Origin: a virus
Taxonomy: Duplodnaviria > Caudoviricetes
DNA length: 64,000 nucleotides
Virus record (IMG/VR): IMGVR_UViG_3300037851_000542
Span: 32,001-96,000 of that record
Strand: one strand, 5' to 3'
Positions 30,277-40,685 of the stretch are shown piece after piece. Positions within the stretch are counted from its first letter, which is position 1, and each line of letters starts with the position of its first letter. Both the position numbers and the translations under genes were made by a program. The notes under the pieces were generated by a model, which had not been told where the DNA came from, made no database searches, and worked only from the letters and a program-made list of their open reading frames with translations.

Positions 30277-31119
30277 TCATTTTAAAAAATCCTGTGCTAG
30301 GTTCCACATATCTACATTAAAGTCTATAACAAAATTTATACCTGTTGGCGTTTTAGGTTTTCTGTATTTTGTCTCATTGTTTTTAACTGTGCCTACTTCA
30401 TAATGAGGTACTAGTAAGTTCTCATGTACCCTATTATACACTTTCCAAAGTCTGTTTCCTTCATCAGCTTCTCTATGTACTTTAAGTACATCTTTTACAT
30501 TTACTACTTTATCAAGAAATCTGAGTTTTATAGCTTTTTCAGCAAACTCTCTTGTTTCAGCACTAGTAAGTATTTTACTATACATTTTATTAATTTGCAA
30601 CTTTAACAGAGGCAAATGTTCAACTAATTCTTGCATAACTTTAGGAAGATACTCGGGTTGATCTGAGTAATGTTTCATTGACCATTTAAAAATACCCCCA
30701 GCAATTACATTATGCAAACTAACTGTTCTAAAAAATCCTAGTTGTAGTGTTTGCTTAGTGGTACCGTCGTGAGCACCTGTCTGAACTATTGTAAGCTTTC
30801 CTTCTCCTTCTAGGTCAAAGCTAGTAGATCCGTGATGATATGTTGCCCTGTATTTTTGAAACCCTACCCTGTGCTGGTTTCTTTTTTGGCGGCGCTGTTC
30901 TTGGTACTGTTGAATCTTCCATCCTCTTGTATTTAGATTTTCAATAACTGAGATATCGTCAGTTTTTCTAAACTTAGAAGTAGTACTTTGTGGATCTCTT
31001 TCAGTAATTATTATGGCGCTTTTTGGTAACAAAATTTCATTGTTTAAGAGGGCTTTAAGTTGTCTTTCAGACAATCTAGATTCTTTTTTTACTGGGACAG
31101 TTGCTATAGAAGGTTGCAT
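30277..31119 (-). CDS. DUF932/DUF945-like protein
   Basis: GAHDGT..LQLGFFRTVSLHNVIAG; R..D.GN.LWKVYNRVHENL; start placed at 31119 because the promoter lies at 31171-31197. Confidence 0.7.
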   Translation of the reverse strand: MQPSIATVPVKKESRLSERQLKALLNNEILLPKSAIIITERDPQSTTSKFRKTDDISVIENLNTRGWKIQQYQEQRRQKRNQHRVGFQKYRATYHHGSTSFDLEGEGKLTIVQTGAHDGTTKQTLQLGFFRTVSLHNVIAGGIFKWSMKHYSDQPEYLPKVMQELVEHLPLLKLQINKMYSKILTSAETREFAEKAIKLRFLDKVVNVKDVLKVHREADEGNRLWKVYNRVHENLLVPHYEVGTVKNNETKYRKPKTPTGINFVIDFNVDMWNLAQDFLK

Positions 31120-31170
31120 AGAAGTTTCCAATATGTTAAAATTAAAAAGTAAAATATCTTCTATTAAGTA

Positions 31171-31197
31171 TATCGACACCGAATACAAATAACTTTA
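31171..31197 (-). promoter_or_regulatory. sigma28-like promoter
   Basis: minus strand cTAAAgt, 16 nt, GTCGATA. Confidence 0.75.
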
Positions 31198-31632
31198 GAC
31201 TATAATTAACTCCATGTCATATTTTTTTATTTATTTACTAGGTTGCTTTGCTTCTGGTCTGTTAGTACCTTGCACGACAAAGATACTAGAATCTCCACCA
31301 TCGGTACTAGAGTTCATTATTACTATAGTAGCCTCTTGGATAGGTGTTGTGTTACAGATAGGGCTTATTATAGTTTTTATACTGCTTTATTTTTTGACCT
31401 AATCTACTATTCTAATATAATTTCAAATACTAGATTATCCTTTACAATAGAGGATTTTATAGATTTCAGGTTATAGTACCTTTTATAATTTAAAAAAGAC
31501 TTTCCTGCTAAAAATTCTTCTAGTACTTCTTGAGGATCAGTCTTTTTATAATTACAAGGTAGATGCATAAACTCCAACTTAGAGTTTATGTAGAACTTAT
31601 AGTGAATGTCTGAGTCAAAGTTTGTCATATAG

Positions 31633-32175
31633 TTAAATTAAAAATACTCTATCGGGAGCAGTCCATAATCTCTGTTCCTGTGTTAAGGTATAATCCTCAA
31701 ACTTCTCATCGCCTTTAAATAAAAATAGATACTTAAAATCCTTACTGGGGCTGTAAGTGTAAACTTTATTAGTGTCTAAATCGAGGTAATAGGCAAAACG
31801 TTTATTGCTAAACAAATACACATAATTTTCTAATCTAATTTGCCCTACTGCTAAGCGTGGATTCCTATTACTGGTATGGTTTGAATAGGGAATAGGCTGC
31901 CATTTACCTTCTTCAATGTATCTTAAAACCTGTTTAAAAGATAGTGGACCAAAGCTTGACCTTGACCCCCAATAAGAAGTATTTGAACTATAAGTGTGTA
32001 ACATTGCATAAGAAGAATTTTCGAACTTTTTACTAGTATACCAGACAAGATCTATATTACTATCGGCAAAGTAAAATGTTTTATCCTTAGCAATAAATAA
32101 CATAAAACATTCAAACAAAAGTTTTAATAATGAAATAAGCATTATAGTTATGTATGACGCTATAACGAATTTCAA
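31633..32175 (-). CDS. hypothetical membrane-anchored protein, ends RVFLI
   Basis: N-terminal TM. Confidence 0.55.
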   Translation of the reverse strand: MKFVIASYITIMLISLLKLLFECFMLFIAKDKTFYFADSNIDLVWYTSKKFENSSYAMLHTYSSNTSYWGSRSSFGPLSFKQVLRYIEEGKWQPIPYSNHTSNRNPRLAVGQIRLENYVYLFSNKRFAYYLDLDTNKVYTYSPSKDFKYLFLFKGDEKFEDYTLTQEQRLWTAPDRVFLI

Positions 32176-32862
32176 ATTAAAAACCTTTGATGAATATTAA
32201 AGCTTCATTGATTTTACTTAGCAGTTCTTTTTTGCCCTCAATAAGAATACCGGAATCTCGATTAGCACTCTCCCCTTTTAAAGTTATTAATAAATAAGTA
32301 GCTTTAAAAGATATGGTTTTTATGTCCCCTGTATTAAAGAGTTCAGATCTTATTGCGAAAGCTTGTCTCCCCTCAGGGTACTCCTCTAACTGAATAAAAC
32401 CTCTTTGTAGTTTTTTTAATGACCAAAAAGCTGGTAAATCGGAGTAAGTATTGTGATAAAATCCTGCTGAATCAGAAATATAAAGCGTTTTTGCATCATA
32501 CCAGCAATTATATTGAATATAATAAGTAGGTTCTTCTTGTGCCATATTAACTAACTCTAAATCTTTTTCAAACTATTCAAGGATTGCCTGTCCAAGCTGA
32601 CTCTAACTCTAAGTCTTGTTCAAGCTCTTCTAACCTAGCCTCTAGTAATAATATTTTGTTAGCAGTTTCTACTCTCTTATCATTAAGAAGATCTAATACA
32701 TTATTTAATCTATCTATGTAACCTTGTAATAAAGATTCTACTACTTGATTATCACTTTCCATTTGCCTGATTACATATTTTAACTGTCCTTCAATTTCCC
32801 TAAATGATGCCATAATTTATCCTTTTTAATTATTTAATTATTTAATTAACCGATAATTATAT

Positions 32863-32889
32863 TATCGACAGGATAATGTTTTTTCTTTA
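32863..32889 (-). promoter_or_regulatory. sigma28-like promoter
   Basis: minus strand cTAAAga, 16 nt, GTCGATA. Confidence 0.7.
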
Positions 32890-33303
32890 GGTATTTATTT
32901 AACTATGAGGCAAAGTGGATGAATAGATGTCTTTTAGTGCTGTAGCTTCTTGTAGAGTAAAATCAAGCAGTAACATAAAATATGCCAATCCTAGTACCGC
33001 CATAGTTGCTAACACAGTTACTACTGTATATTTTGCAGACTTAATAAAACAACAATCAAGAGATGTTAGTTCAATAATAGCACTAAACAAGGCAACTAAC
33101 CCACCACAAGCGCTAATAACCATCGCTGTCAATATAAAAACTCTAATAATTAAATAAATCACAAATTGTGTAAAAGCGTCCATATTTTTATGCGTCCTTT
33201 AGTTTTTAAAATTACTACATACCTATCCCATAGTACTTGTTGAGAAATTAGTTATTCAACTAAATTACCACATTTTACGGTAGATTCACAATAGTACCAG
33301 ATA

Positions 33304-33343
33304 CAAAAAAACCTAGGTAGGTCCGATTGGACCTACCTAGGTT
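33304..33343 (-). terminator. Rho-independent terminator
   Basis: perfect stem acctaggtaggtcc/ggacctacctaggt with 4-nt loop, followed by a T-run on the minus strand, downstream of 33371..34612. Confidence 0.85.
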
Positions 33344-33370
33344 AAAGGATTAACTAATGCGATTTAAGTA

Positions 33371-34612
33371 TTATTTATCAGCACATACCTTATTTTTACA
33401 CTTTTGGATCTCTTTTTGAAGTCTTTCTAGGTCTGATTTAGTCGCAGCAATTCCTGGTCCTTGTGTGTTGCAGTACTTGCGTGCTGCTCTTTGAGCTGGT
33501 GCGGCAAAGTCTACATATAACTTTACTGACAACTTTTTAAGTTTTCTAATTAAAGTCTTATTTTCTGTTACTACACATTCTCCTGGGCACAAGTACACTT
33601 CTGTGATTAAGGAATCTACTAGATTTTTAAATGCGTCCCATACTTGTTTAGACTTTTTAGTGTAATCTAGCTTTGGTGCCCCGCAACTTTCTGCTTTACT
33701 GCTGTAAATTTCAGTTTTGGTAACTAAAATTTTAGATTTTGAAAGTAGCGCACTTACGTCAGTTTTTGTATAGTAAGGTTCTGGTATACAACCTGCAACG
33801 GTAGGCTCTACAACTGGAATCTCTGTGGGCACTTCAGTAGGTACTTCAGTCTGTACGATTATTACTGTAGGCGCAATCGTAGGTTCAGATGTGGGTACAG
33901 TAGTAGGCGTTTCAGAGGGTATTGCGGTTGGTGTATTTGTAATCGCTACGGTTGGCGTTTTCGATGGAGTGCTAGACGGAGTACTTGTAACCACCTTAGT
34001 CGGAGTACGAGACGGCACTGTTGTAGGAGTACTTGTCGATACTTTAGTAGGTGTCTTAGACGGAGTGCTTGTTGGCGTACTTGTAACCACCTTAGTAGGA
34101 GTATTAGACGGTACTTTTGTTGGAGTGCTTGTAGGCACTTTTGTAGGCGTGGCGCTTGGAGCACAGACAGTAGGGGTATTTGTTGAAACCGCTGTAGGAG
34201 TGCTTGTTGGCGACTTAGTAGGAGTTTTTGAAGGTGTTCTAGTAGGAGTAGGAGTAGGAGTAGCACATACATTTGAGTTAGGGTTTGTAAACTGCTGCCC
34301 TAGTCCGTTTACAGTGCTGTTGCACCCGCTCTTAATAAAAACTGTAGTTATAGGTTTTTGAGTACTGTAAGTTTTAGTATAACCTGACAAGTTATCATAT
34401 TTAATTTCAGTGTCGTCGCAAAACCTAATAATAACATTGGACAATTCCTTATTAGAGCTAACCGTTACTGAGGTATTACTATTAAATATAGCCGAAGGGG
34501 TTGATAAGCAACTACTGTCTTCAAAAGTCTCCTGTGTTTGAGCCTGTAGAACAGGTTGCTCTATAATAAGAAGTAAAAGTAAACATAAGTATAAGATTCT
34601 ATTATTCATCAC
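33371..34612 (-). CDS. secreted Pro/Thr-rich mucin-like protein with Cys-containing N- and C-terminal domains
   Basis: signal peptide; repeated PTSTPSKTPTKV-like units; paired Cys. Confidence 0.8.
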   Translation of the reverse strand: MMNNRILYLCLLLLLIIEQPVLQAQTQETFEDSSCLSTPSAIFNSNTSVTVSSNKELSNVIIRFCDDTEIKYDNLSGYTKTYSTQKPITTVFIKSGCNSTVNGLGQQFTNPNSNVCATPTPTPTRTPSKTPTKSPTSTPTAVSTNTPTVCAPSATPTKVPTSTPTKVPSNTPTKVVTSTPTSTPSKTPTKVSTSTPTTVPSRTPTKVVTSTPSSTPSKTPTVAITNTPTAIPSETPTTVPTSEPTIAPTVIIVQTEVPTEVPTEIPVVEPTVAGCIPEPYYTKTDVSALLSKSKILVTKTEIYSSKAESCGAPKLDYTKKSKQVWDAFKNLVDSLITEVYLCPGECVVTENKTLIRKLKKLSVKLYVDFAAPAQRAARKYCNTQGPGIAATKSDLERLQKEIQKCKNKVCADK

Positions 34613-34781
34613 TGTGCCTTAAAATATTTAATTAAACAAAAAGTCCGATTTAAAGGTATTACGGCATATATTTAAATAAACTTGAGTGAAAAATTAAAAA
34701 AATGCCTTGTTGAGTTGTTAGTTTTAACACTAAAATGGGCAAATAGCAACCTATTTGAGGAAAACAGACTATATCTTTTAA

Positions 34782-35162
34782 ATGGGAAAATTAAAATTAA
34801 AACACCTTACGCCAGAACAATATGAATTCTATAAGAAAAATATCTTTAACGGTGTGGGTACTAGTTTTGCTGGTATAAATCCTCCCGATTTTAAATTTGA
34901 AGAAGCAGCATTATATCACGATTTAGCCTATTGGGTTGGAGGTAATGAACTAGACAGGTTACAGGCTGACTTTATATTTTTTTATATAGGTGTAAAATGC
35001 ATTTTTAAATCACCTTGGTATATGTGGTTAGGGCTTTCAATAATTTTACCTATTTATAGTCTTTTTGTGTTATTATTCGGTTGGATCTCTTTTGAGTATG
35101 GTAAACCTTCTAAAAACTGGGAAGAACTTCTAGATAAATATAATAAATCTAAAACAAATTAA
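34782..35162 (+). CDS. phage membrane protein with HD motif (DUF1353/PLA2-like)
   Basis: NGVG..FEEAALYHDLAY..G..DRLQAD. Confidence 0.45.
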   Translation: MGKLKLKHLTPEQYEFYKKNIFNGVGTSFAGINPPDFKFEEAALYHDLAYWVGGNELDRLQADFIFFYIGVKCIFKSPWYMWLGLSIILPIYSLFVLLFGWISFEYGKPSKNWEELLDKYNKSKTN

Positions 35163-35169
35163 AGCACTT

Positions 35170-35198
35170 GTAACTTAAAAAAACTTAGTATATACTGT
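35170..35198 (+). promoter_or_regulatory. sigma70-like promoter upstream of the S2 gene
   Basis: TTGTAA-17-TATACT. Confidence 0.5.
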
Positions 35199-35266
35199 TG
35201 TATATAAGCAAGAATTGCTTTACCATACTATCTAAATGTATAATTTTTAACTTGGATATCTAAAAT

Positions 35267-35368
35267 ATGATGTATTTTGTTATAGGATTTGTTACAGGAC
35301 TTGTTTTTCATAAATATAAAGATAAGCTATTAACTAAAGCTATATCCTTTTTAAAAAAGGATGAATAA
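35267..35368 (+). CDS. 33-aa membrane peptide coupled to S2 (TAATG overlap)
   Basis: MMYFVIGFVTGLVFHKYKDKLLTKAISFLKKDE. Confidence 0.45.
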   Translation: MMYFVIGFVTGLVFHKYKDKLLTKAISFLKKDE

Positions 35369-36297
35369 TGGAACTTAGCAATAGTAACGAAAACGAGAAT
35401 AAAATTAGTAATTTATCTGAAATACCAGTATTTGAGGTAGGATTTCAATCCCTATTGGACGCTAAAGCCTTTTATGGTACCTCGTGTGATGACTGGAATC
35501 CTAAAAGTGCCCCTTTTATCCTGTGTACAAAAACCAATAGACAGCCTAAAAGAAAGGGAAGATCAAAACATACTTATTTAATTGATTTAAGTATAACATT
35601 AAAGTCTTGGAACCGCGCCAAACAGTTTATTGAAAATACCGCATCTGCGGGTGGCAATTTTATGTTTGTAGGTACCCAACCAGAAGCAGGCAAGCTAATA
35701 CGAAGATGCGCTGAACAAGTGGAGGCGCTTCATGTGACAAAAAAGTGGAAGGGAGGAACTCTAACTAATTTAAAAATAACTCTAAACTCTATAAAAAGAT
35801 TAGCTAATCTAGAAAAACTTATTAAAAAACTAGACGATGCCGAAGCAGAAGGTACTTCAATCAATAAGAAAGAATTAAATTTATTAAAAAAAGAACAAAT
35901 TAAACTAGATGAACAGTATGGTGGAATAAGAAAGTTAAAAAAACTACCTAGTGCTTTAATAGTTTTTAACATGCTAGAACATAAAACAGCAATATATGAA
36001 GCTAAAAAATTAGGAATACCTGTTATTTGCGTATCTGATACTTTGGGTAATCCTGAACTCTCTGAATATTTTATAGCCTGTAATACTTCCTCTACCTCAG
36101 CTTTAAGACTCTTTATTATAAATATGTTTTCTGCTATTGAAACGGGATACAGAAAAAGAGACTTTAAACTATCCCAAGAAAATTTAATTAAAGAATTTGA
36201 TACCTTAGAAGAAGATACTAATATGGTAGTGAGTATTACAGCTACTGATATTCCAGTGGTGTACAAAAATAACAAAAACAGCTTGACTGTTAAGTAA
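35368..36297 (+). CDS. rpsB: divergent 30S ribosomal protein S2 (uS2)
   Basis: WNPK, YLIDL, FVGTQ, KKWKGGTLTN, GGIRKLKKLP, AIYEAKKLGIPVI..DT..NP. Confidence 0.85.
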   Translation: MELSNSNENENKISNLSEIPVFEVGFQSLLDAKAFYGTSCDDWNPKSAPFILCTKTNRQPKRKGRSKHTYLIDLSITLKSWNRAKQFIENTASAGGNFMFVGTQPEAGKLIRRCAEQVEALHVTKKWKGGTLTNLKITLNSIKRLANLEKLIKKLDDAEAEGTSINKKELNLLKKEQIKLDEQYGGIRKLKKLPSALIVFNMLEHKTAIYEAKKLGIPVICVSDTLGNPELSEYFIACNTSSTSALRLFIINMFSAIETGYRKRDFKLSQENLIKEFDTLEEDTNMVVSITATDIPVVYKNNKNSLTVK

Positions 36298-36315
36298 TTA
36301 CTTTATATAATTAAA
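36287..36315 (+). promoter_or_regulatory. sigma70 promoter
   Basis: TTGACT-17-TATAAT, upstream of 36364..36585 (coordinates approximate). Confidence 0.65.
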
Positions 36316-36681
36316 TAAACAATTAGTGTTTAATTAATGTAAATTAAAATTTTAAGGTAAATTATGCAACAAGAAGAACTCCAAATGCAACTAAGAACGT
36401 TTGTTGAATCGCAATCAGAGCCTGTAACTAAGTCTATGTTTAGCAGAGAATTACGAAGGTTAACAAAAAACCCTAGAGTAGATTCTGGGGCTATTTTGCT
36501 TGAACTGGCTGACATTTTTGAAGTTGAAAAAGTAAGAAATACACCTAAAGGTAGACCTACTGAAGTAGTTAGACTAAGGTCTTAATACTACCAACAAGGC
36601 TACATTAGCCCAATCCTCTTGATACTATTTATACTATAGGAAGATTGACCTATAGTATAAAATATTTAAGGGGATTTTTTT

Positions 36682-38943
36682 ATGATTACATTACCTAGTG
36701 GATCAATTCTAGTACAAAGGGTTATAAACAATGATTTTATTGATACTAAACTAGAATCTGATTTAATTCCAGTTTCTGTAACAGGAATTAATTATATCAC
36801 TGCTGGTATTTCAGGTTCAAACTTGCAGGAACTTCTAGACGACATTGTAATCACTTTAGCAACCAGCGGAAATCTAACAGCATACTCCGGTTATGCTGAA
36901 ACCAATTTTGTTACAGTAACTGGAACTCAAAACGTAACAGGTGCAAAAACATTTACCAACACACTAACATTTAGTGGCAATGTGCTTCCCGCCACTTCCG
37001 GAACTTTAAATATAGGATCTGATACTCTTGCAACTGCTAGTGTATTTACAAGAAATGTTTCAAGTGATGTAGGACAAAGTTTAACCCTTAAGACCGGCAG
37101 TGCTGGTGCTTTATGGGTTATATCCACAGATTCTATTGGAGTAAAATCATCCTTAAGTAGCTCTAACCAGGTTGGAGTAATAGGTCTAAATACTACTGAC
37201 GGTTCTGATAATGGCAGGTTAGAGTTAAGAGGTTATAGTGCTGATGGTTTTCCTAGCCCTTCTACAAGAGGAGGGGCTATATATTTAAACGGTAATGAAA
37301 ATAGCGGTACTGTCGGTATACTAGCAGGATCGTCTGGAAATATAGAATTTAGCACAGATAATACTGAAAGATGGAGAATTGCTACTAACGGGACACTGAT
37401 CAACCCGCAATCTGGTATATCAGCAATTCAATGGAGCGCTGCTAGTTCAGTTGGTAGAATTTTAGGGGCAACAAACAACACTGGACGGTTACAAATTGCC
37501 TCTGCTTCTTTGCCTGATAATACTTTGGGACCTTATATTGATATGAATGCAGCCACAGGGGACTGTAGTATTGTTGGTAAGACTGGGTTTGGAGTTGTGC
37601 TAAACACAGCAGGTGGAAACACGCTTACCGCGAACAGCAATGGGACTGTTAGTATAAACACTACTAATAACTCTGACGTGTTAAACGTACAAACCAATTC
37701 GCCCGATCAAGGAATAACAATAGACGGTTTTGGTAGTGGTACAAGAGCCCAACTTACTTTAAAATCTACAGGTACTACACAGGCTTGGATATCTTGTGAC
37801 AATGGGGCTTTTGCAACCGGGTATAATGGGGCTCTGATTTGTGCATCGACATCAGCAATAGTCTTATTTTCGAACGGTGCAAGTAGGTGGGTTGTTGATC
37901 CTTCTGGAAACGTTCTGCCATACGCCAATACTACTTATGATATCGGTAGTGGTAGTAATGCTTGCCGAATAGTACATACAAGAAATTTAATTAGTGATAC
38001 CGGACAAAACTTGGGTATCGAAGGAAAAAGTGAAATTTACTTTTACACAGGAGGAAGCTCTTCTATTAGGTGGGCATTTTCATCAGCTGGTCATTTTGTG
38101 CCTATCCTAAACCAAGGTTATAATATAGGAGTAGGCGGATCAAACGCTGTGGGATCTATTTTTGCTGTAAACTATTTTGGACCATCAGATATAAACAGAA
38201 AGAGAGATATATCTTCTTCTGATTATGGACTAAATGTTTTAAAACAAATTACACCTATAAAATACAAATATAAGAAGTTTAAATTAAAAACAGTTGACAA
38301 CAAACAGGTAGAAGACTTAGAAGATGAAGATACTCAAGGGGTCTCTAATAAACCACTACAGTTGGGGCTGAGTGCACAAGAAGTAAAAAATTTAATACCT
38401 GAGGCTGTAGTAGGAGATGAAGAAGATTTTAGCCTTTCTATCGACTATACTAAATTAATACCTGTATTAATTAAAGCAATTCAAGAGTTGGACTGTGAAC
38501 ATAAGCCAGTATTTCCTTGTCATTCTGGTTATAGTCCTGTTTTAAATGATATTGTTACTTTGAACTCTGAACTTAAAATTATTGCAAGTACTGAAGCACA
38601 ATCAACTACATCCTTGGGGCTTGTAGGAGAAATTTTAGGTGTAATGCCTTCAGGTACTACTATTGTAGATGCGTTTAATAATAGTTATATATACAACGGG
38701 GTAGTATCTTATAACCTCTGCTCATTAAACTTAAATGGTATTGTTAATAATATCAAAGTATCATCAGAGGGAGGTAACATTGTAGAAGGAGACCTTTTGT
38801 GTACCTCTAGTGTTAGCGGATGTCTTATGAGACAGTCTACAGATTCAGTAAAATCATATTCAATTGCACGGGCTCTAGTTCCAGTTACTTTTAGCGGTGG
38901 GGTCACAGTAATTTCAGGAGTAACAGCTAAAATGTTTAATTAA
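36682..38943 (+). CDS. tail fibre/spike with peptidase S74 intramolecular chaperone and extra C-terminal domain
   Basis: G/S/T/N-rich shaft; SDINRKRDI, GLSAQEV, IDYTKLIPVLIKAIQEL; later GDLLCTS..G. Confidence 0.8.
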   Translation: MITLPSGSILVQRVINNDFIDTKLESDLIPVSVTGINYITAGISGSNLQELLDDIVITLATSGNLTAYSGYAETNFVTVTGTQNVTGAKTFTNTLTFSGNVLPATSGTLNIGSDTLATASVFTRNVSSDVGQSLTLKTGSAGALWVISTDSIGVKSSLSSSNQVGVIGLNTTDGSDNGRLELRGYSADGFPSPSTRGGAIYLNGNENSGTVGILAGSSGNIEFSTDNTERWRIATNGTLINPQSGISAIQWSAASSVGRILGATNNTGRLQIASASLPDNTLGPYIDMNAATGDCSIVGKTGFGVVLNTAGGNTLTANSNGTVSINTTNNSDVLNVQTNSPDQGITIDGFGSGTRAQLTLKSTGTTQAWISCDNGAFATGYNGALICASTSAIVLFSNGASRWVVDPSGNVLPYANTTYDIGSGSNACRIVHTRNLISDTGQNLGIEGKSEIYFYTGGSSSIRWAFSSAGHFVPILNQGYNIGVGGSNAVGSIFAVNYFGPSDINRKRDISSSDYGLNVLKQITPIKYKYKKFKLKTVDNKQVEDLEDEDTQGVSNKPLQLGLSAQEVKNLIPEAVVGDEEDFSLSIDYTKLIPVLIKAIQELDCEHKPVFPCHSGYSPVLNDIVTLNSELKIIASTEAQSTTSLGLVGEILGVMPSGTTIVDAFNNSYIYNGVVSYNLCSLNLNGIVNNIKVSSEGGNIVEGDLLCTSSVSGCLMRQSTDSVKSYSIARALVPVTFSGGVTVISGVTAKMFN

Positions 38944-38946
38944 GTT

Positions 38947-38978
38947 AAAATAGCATAGCCCAAAGGCTATGCTATTTT
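38947..38978. terminator. bidirectional terminator between convergent genes
   Basis: perfect 14-bp stem aaaatagcatagcc/ggctatgctatttt with CAAA loop. Confidence 0.85.
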
Positions 38979-38982
38979 ACAC

Positions 38983-39465
38983 CTAAAATGGGGCATCCAC
39001 TTCCCAATGCTCATTATTAGATTCTGTATGATTTATTGGACCTTTTACAGTAGCAGTTCGATTCTCAAAAGGATTAATCTGCTGTGTGTCTGAATTACTA
39101 TTAACCTTCTTTTTTAAACTTTTAACTTCAAAATCAATATCAAAAGCTACAATCTCTACTCTTCTAATACTAGTTTCTTCTATTGCTCCGGTTTTAGTGT
39201 TTAGTGCATTAATTTTATAATTATAAGAGCTAAGTTTCCCTCTTAGTGTAATTTGATCACCTTTTGATAACAAGTTAGAAACTCTATCTGCTTGACTACC
39301 ATATACTACAATATTATGCCACTCAGTAGATTCTTGTTTAGAATCACTATTATATTCATTAGTTGCTAGTGTAAATGCTGCATAAGAAGTACCTTTAGCA
39401 GTTTCTTTGCGTACAGGATCTTTTCCTATACGTCCTGATAGTATTACAAAATTCATATTTCCCAT
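38983..39465 (-). CDS. ssb: Single-stranded DNA-binding protein
   Basis: MNFVILSGRIGKDP, FTLAT, TEWHNIVVYG, acidic ..APF tail. Confidence 0.9.
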   Translation of the reverse strand: MGNMNFVILSGRIGKDPVRKETAKGTSYAAFTLATNEYNSDSKQESTEWHNIVVYGSQADRVSNLLSKGDQITLRGKLSSYNYKINALNTKTGAIEETSIRRVEIVAFDIDFEVKSLKKKVNSNSDTQQINPFENRTATVKGPINHTESNNEHWEVDAPF

Positions 39466-39555
39466 TTTGCTGCCTATAAAAAAACAAGTTAATATAGGAA
39501 TTATATACGGATGTTTAGTTAACAGCAAGTGCTAATTTTGAATTAAATATACTAT

Positions 39556-40230
39556 ATGATTAACATGTCTATATTATTACAAAAAATTATTCAATTATTT
39601 AAAACAGTTTTTAGTATTACCACTGCTGCTGATCAGGAAGATACTGTAGGAACTGAGCAAGTTGGCATAGATATGCAACTAATTTATGCTCAATTTCCTT
39701 ATGCTAAAAAAGAAGATATAGACTTAAACTACCCTCTTTTAGTTAAAGCATTAAATAAACATGGAATTTTTAGTAGAGAAATGCTTATTTATGCGTTAGC
39801 TACTGTATCTGTTGAAGTTCCTAAATTTAAACCAGTAAAAGAAATACCTTCAAAATACTCTACTAAAAATAAACTAAAACCGTATGATTTTTCAGGATAC
39901 GTTGGAAGAATGGGAAATAAGGATCTTGAAATGGCTACAAAATACTCAGGAAAAGGACTTATTCAACTTACCGGCTATAATAACTACTGTGATCTTGATA
40001 AAAAACTTTTATTAAATGGTGAGTTAGTACAAAATCCAGATTTAGCCTTGGACGCTAAAATCTCAGCAGAGGTGTTAGCTATATACTTTAAAGACAGAAT
40101 TGACAGGGTAAAACAGGCGCTAATTAATAAAGATTTTGCTGAGTTAAGAAAAATAGTAAATGGTGGTTTTCACGGTCTTGATAAATTTGTAGCAAAATTT
40201 AAAGAATTAGATCAAGTTTTTCCTAAATAG
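39556..40230 (+). CDS. GH19 chitinase-like endolysin
   Basis: YALAT..VE, GKGLIQLTGYNNY, NPDL, RKIVNGG..GL. Confidence 0.85.
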   Translation: MINMSILLQKIIQLFKTVFSITTAADQEDTVGTEQVGIDMQLIYAQFPYAKKEDIDLNYPLLVKALNKHGIFSREMLIYALATVSVEVPKFKPVKEIPSKYSTKNKLKPYDFSGYVGRMGNKDLEMATKYSGKGLIQLTGYNNYCDLDKKLLLNGELVQNPDLALDAKISAEVLAIYFKDRIDRVKQALINKDFAELRKIVNGGFHGLDKFVAKFKELDQVFPK

Positions 40231-40685
40231 CCTTTAGTATATCTTTCTAGTTTTAAAAATGCTATCATACTTATATTATGAGCTTTGACCAAATTCCTTA
40301 CAAATTTATTAAAGAATTAAACTCTTTAGAGGATTGTTTTACCAAGCAATGGGTCATTAATTTCTATAACCATATAAAAAAATTAAACCTTTTATGGGTC
40401 TCACCTCATATAACTTTCGACGAGGATAATAATTCTTGTTTAGAATGGTGGTACAATAATAGAAAAGTTACAATATACTTAGAGTTAGAAAATAAACAAA
40501 TTACTGTGTTATTTTATGAAGAACCTGACCAAGATGCTATTTTAAAGTTGGATAAAATTACTGATTTAGTTTTACCTTTAAGCAATTTACAAGAAGTTAC
40601 TAGGATATGGTGTTGGTTTACATGTAAGTATAGGATTTAAATATACTATATACTATTAAGTATATAATTATAATGGGGTTTTTAT

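Noticed and set aside
32849-32855. Plus-strand ACCGATA as a divergent sigma28 promoter
   Set aside because: No TAAA-like -35 element at the 16-nt spacing (ATTA instead), and no plus-strand gene follows.
33825-34361. Plus-strand ORFs of 178 aa and 108 aa with Val/Gly or Leu repeats
   Set aside because: Antisense shadows of the Pro/Thr repeat gene.
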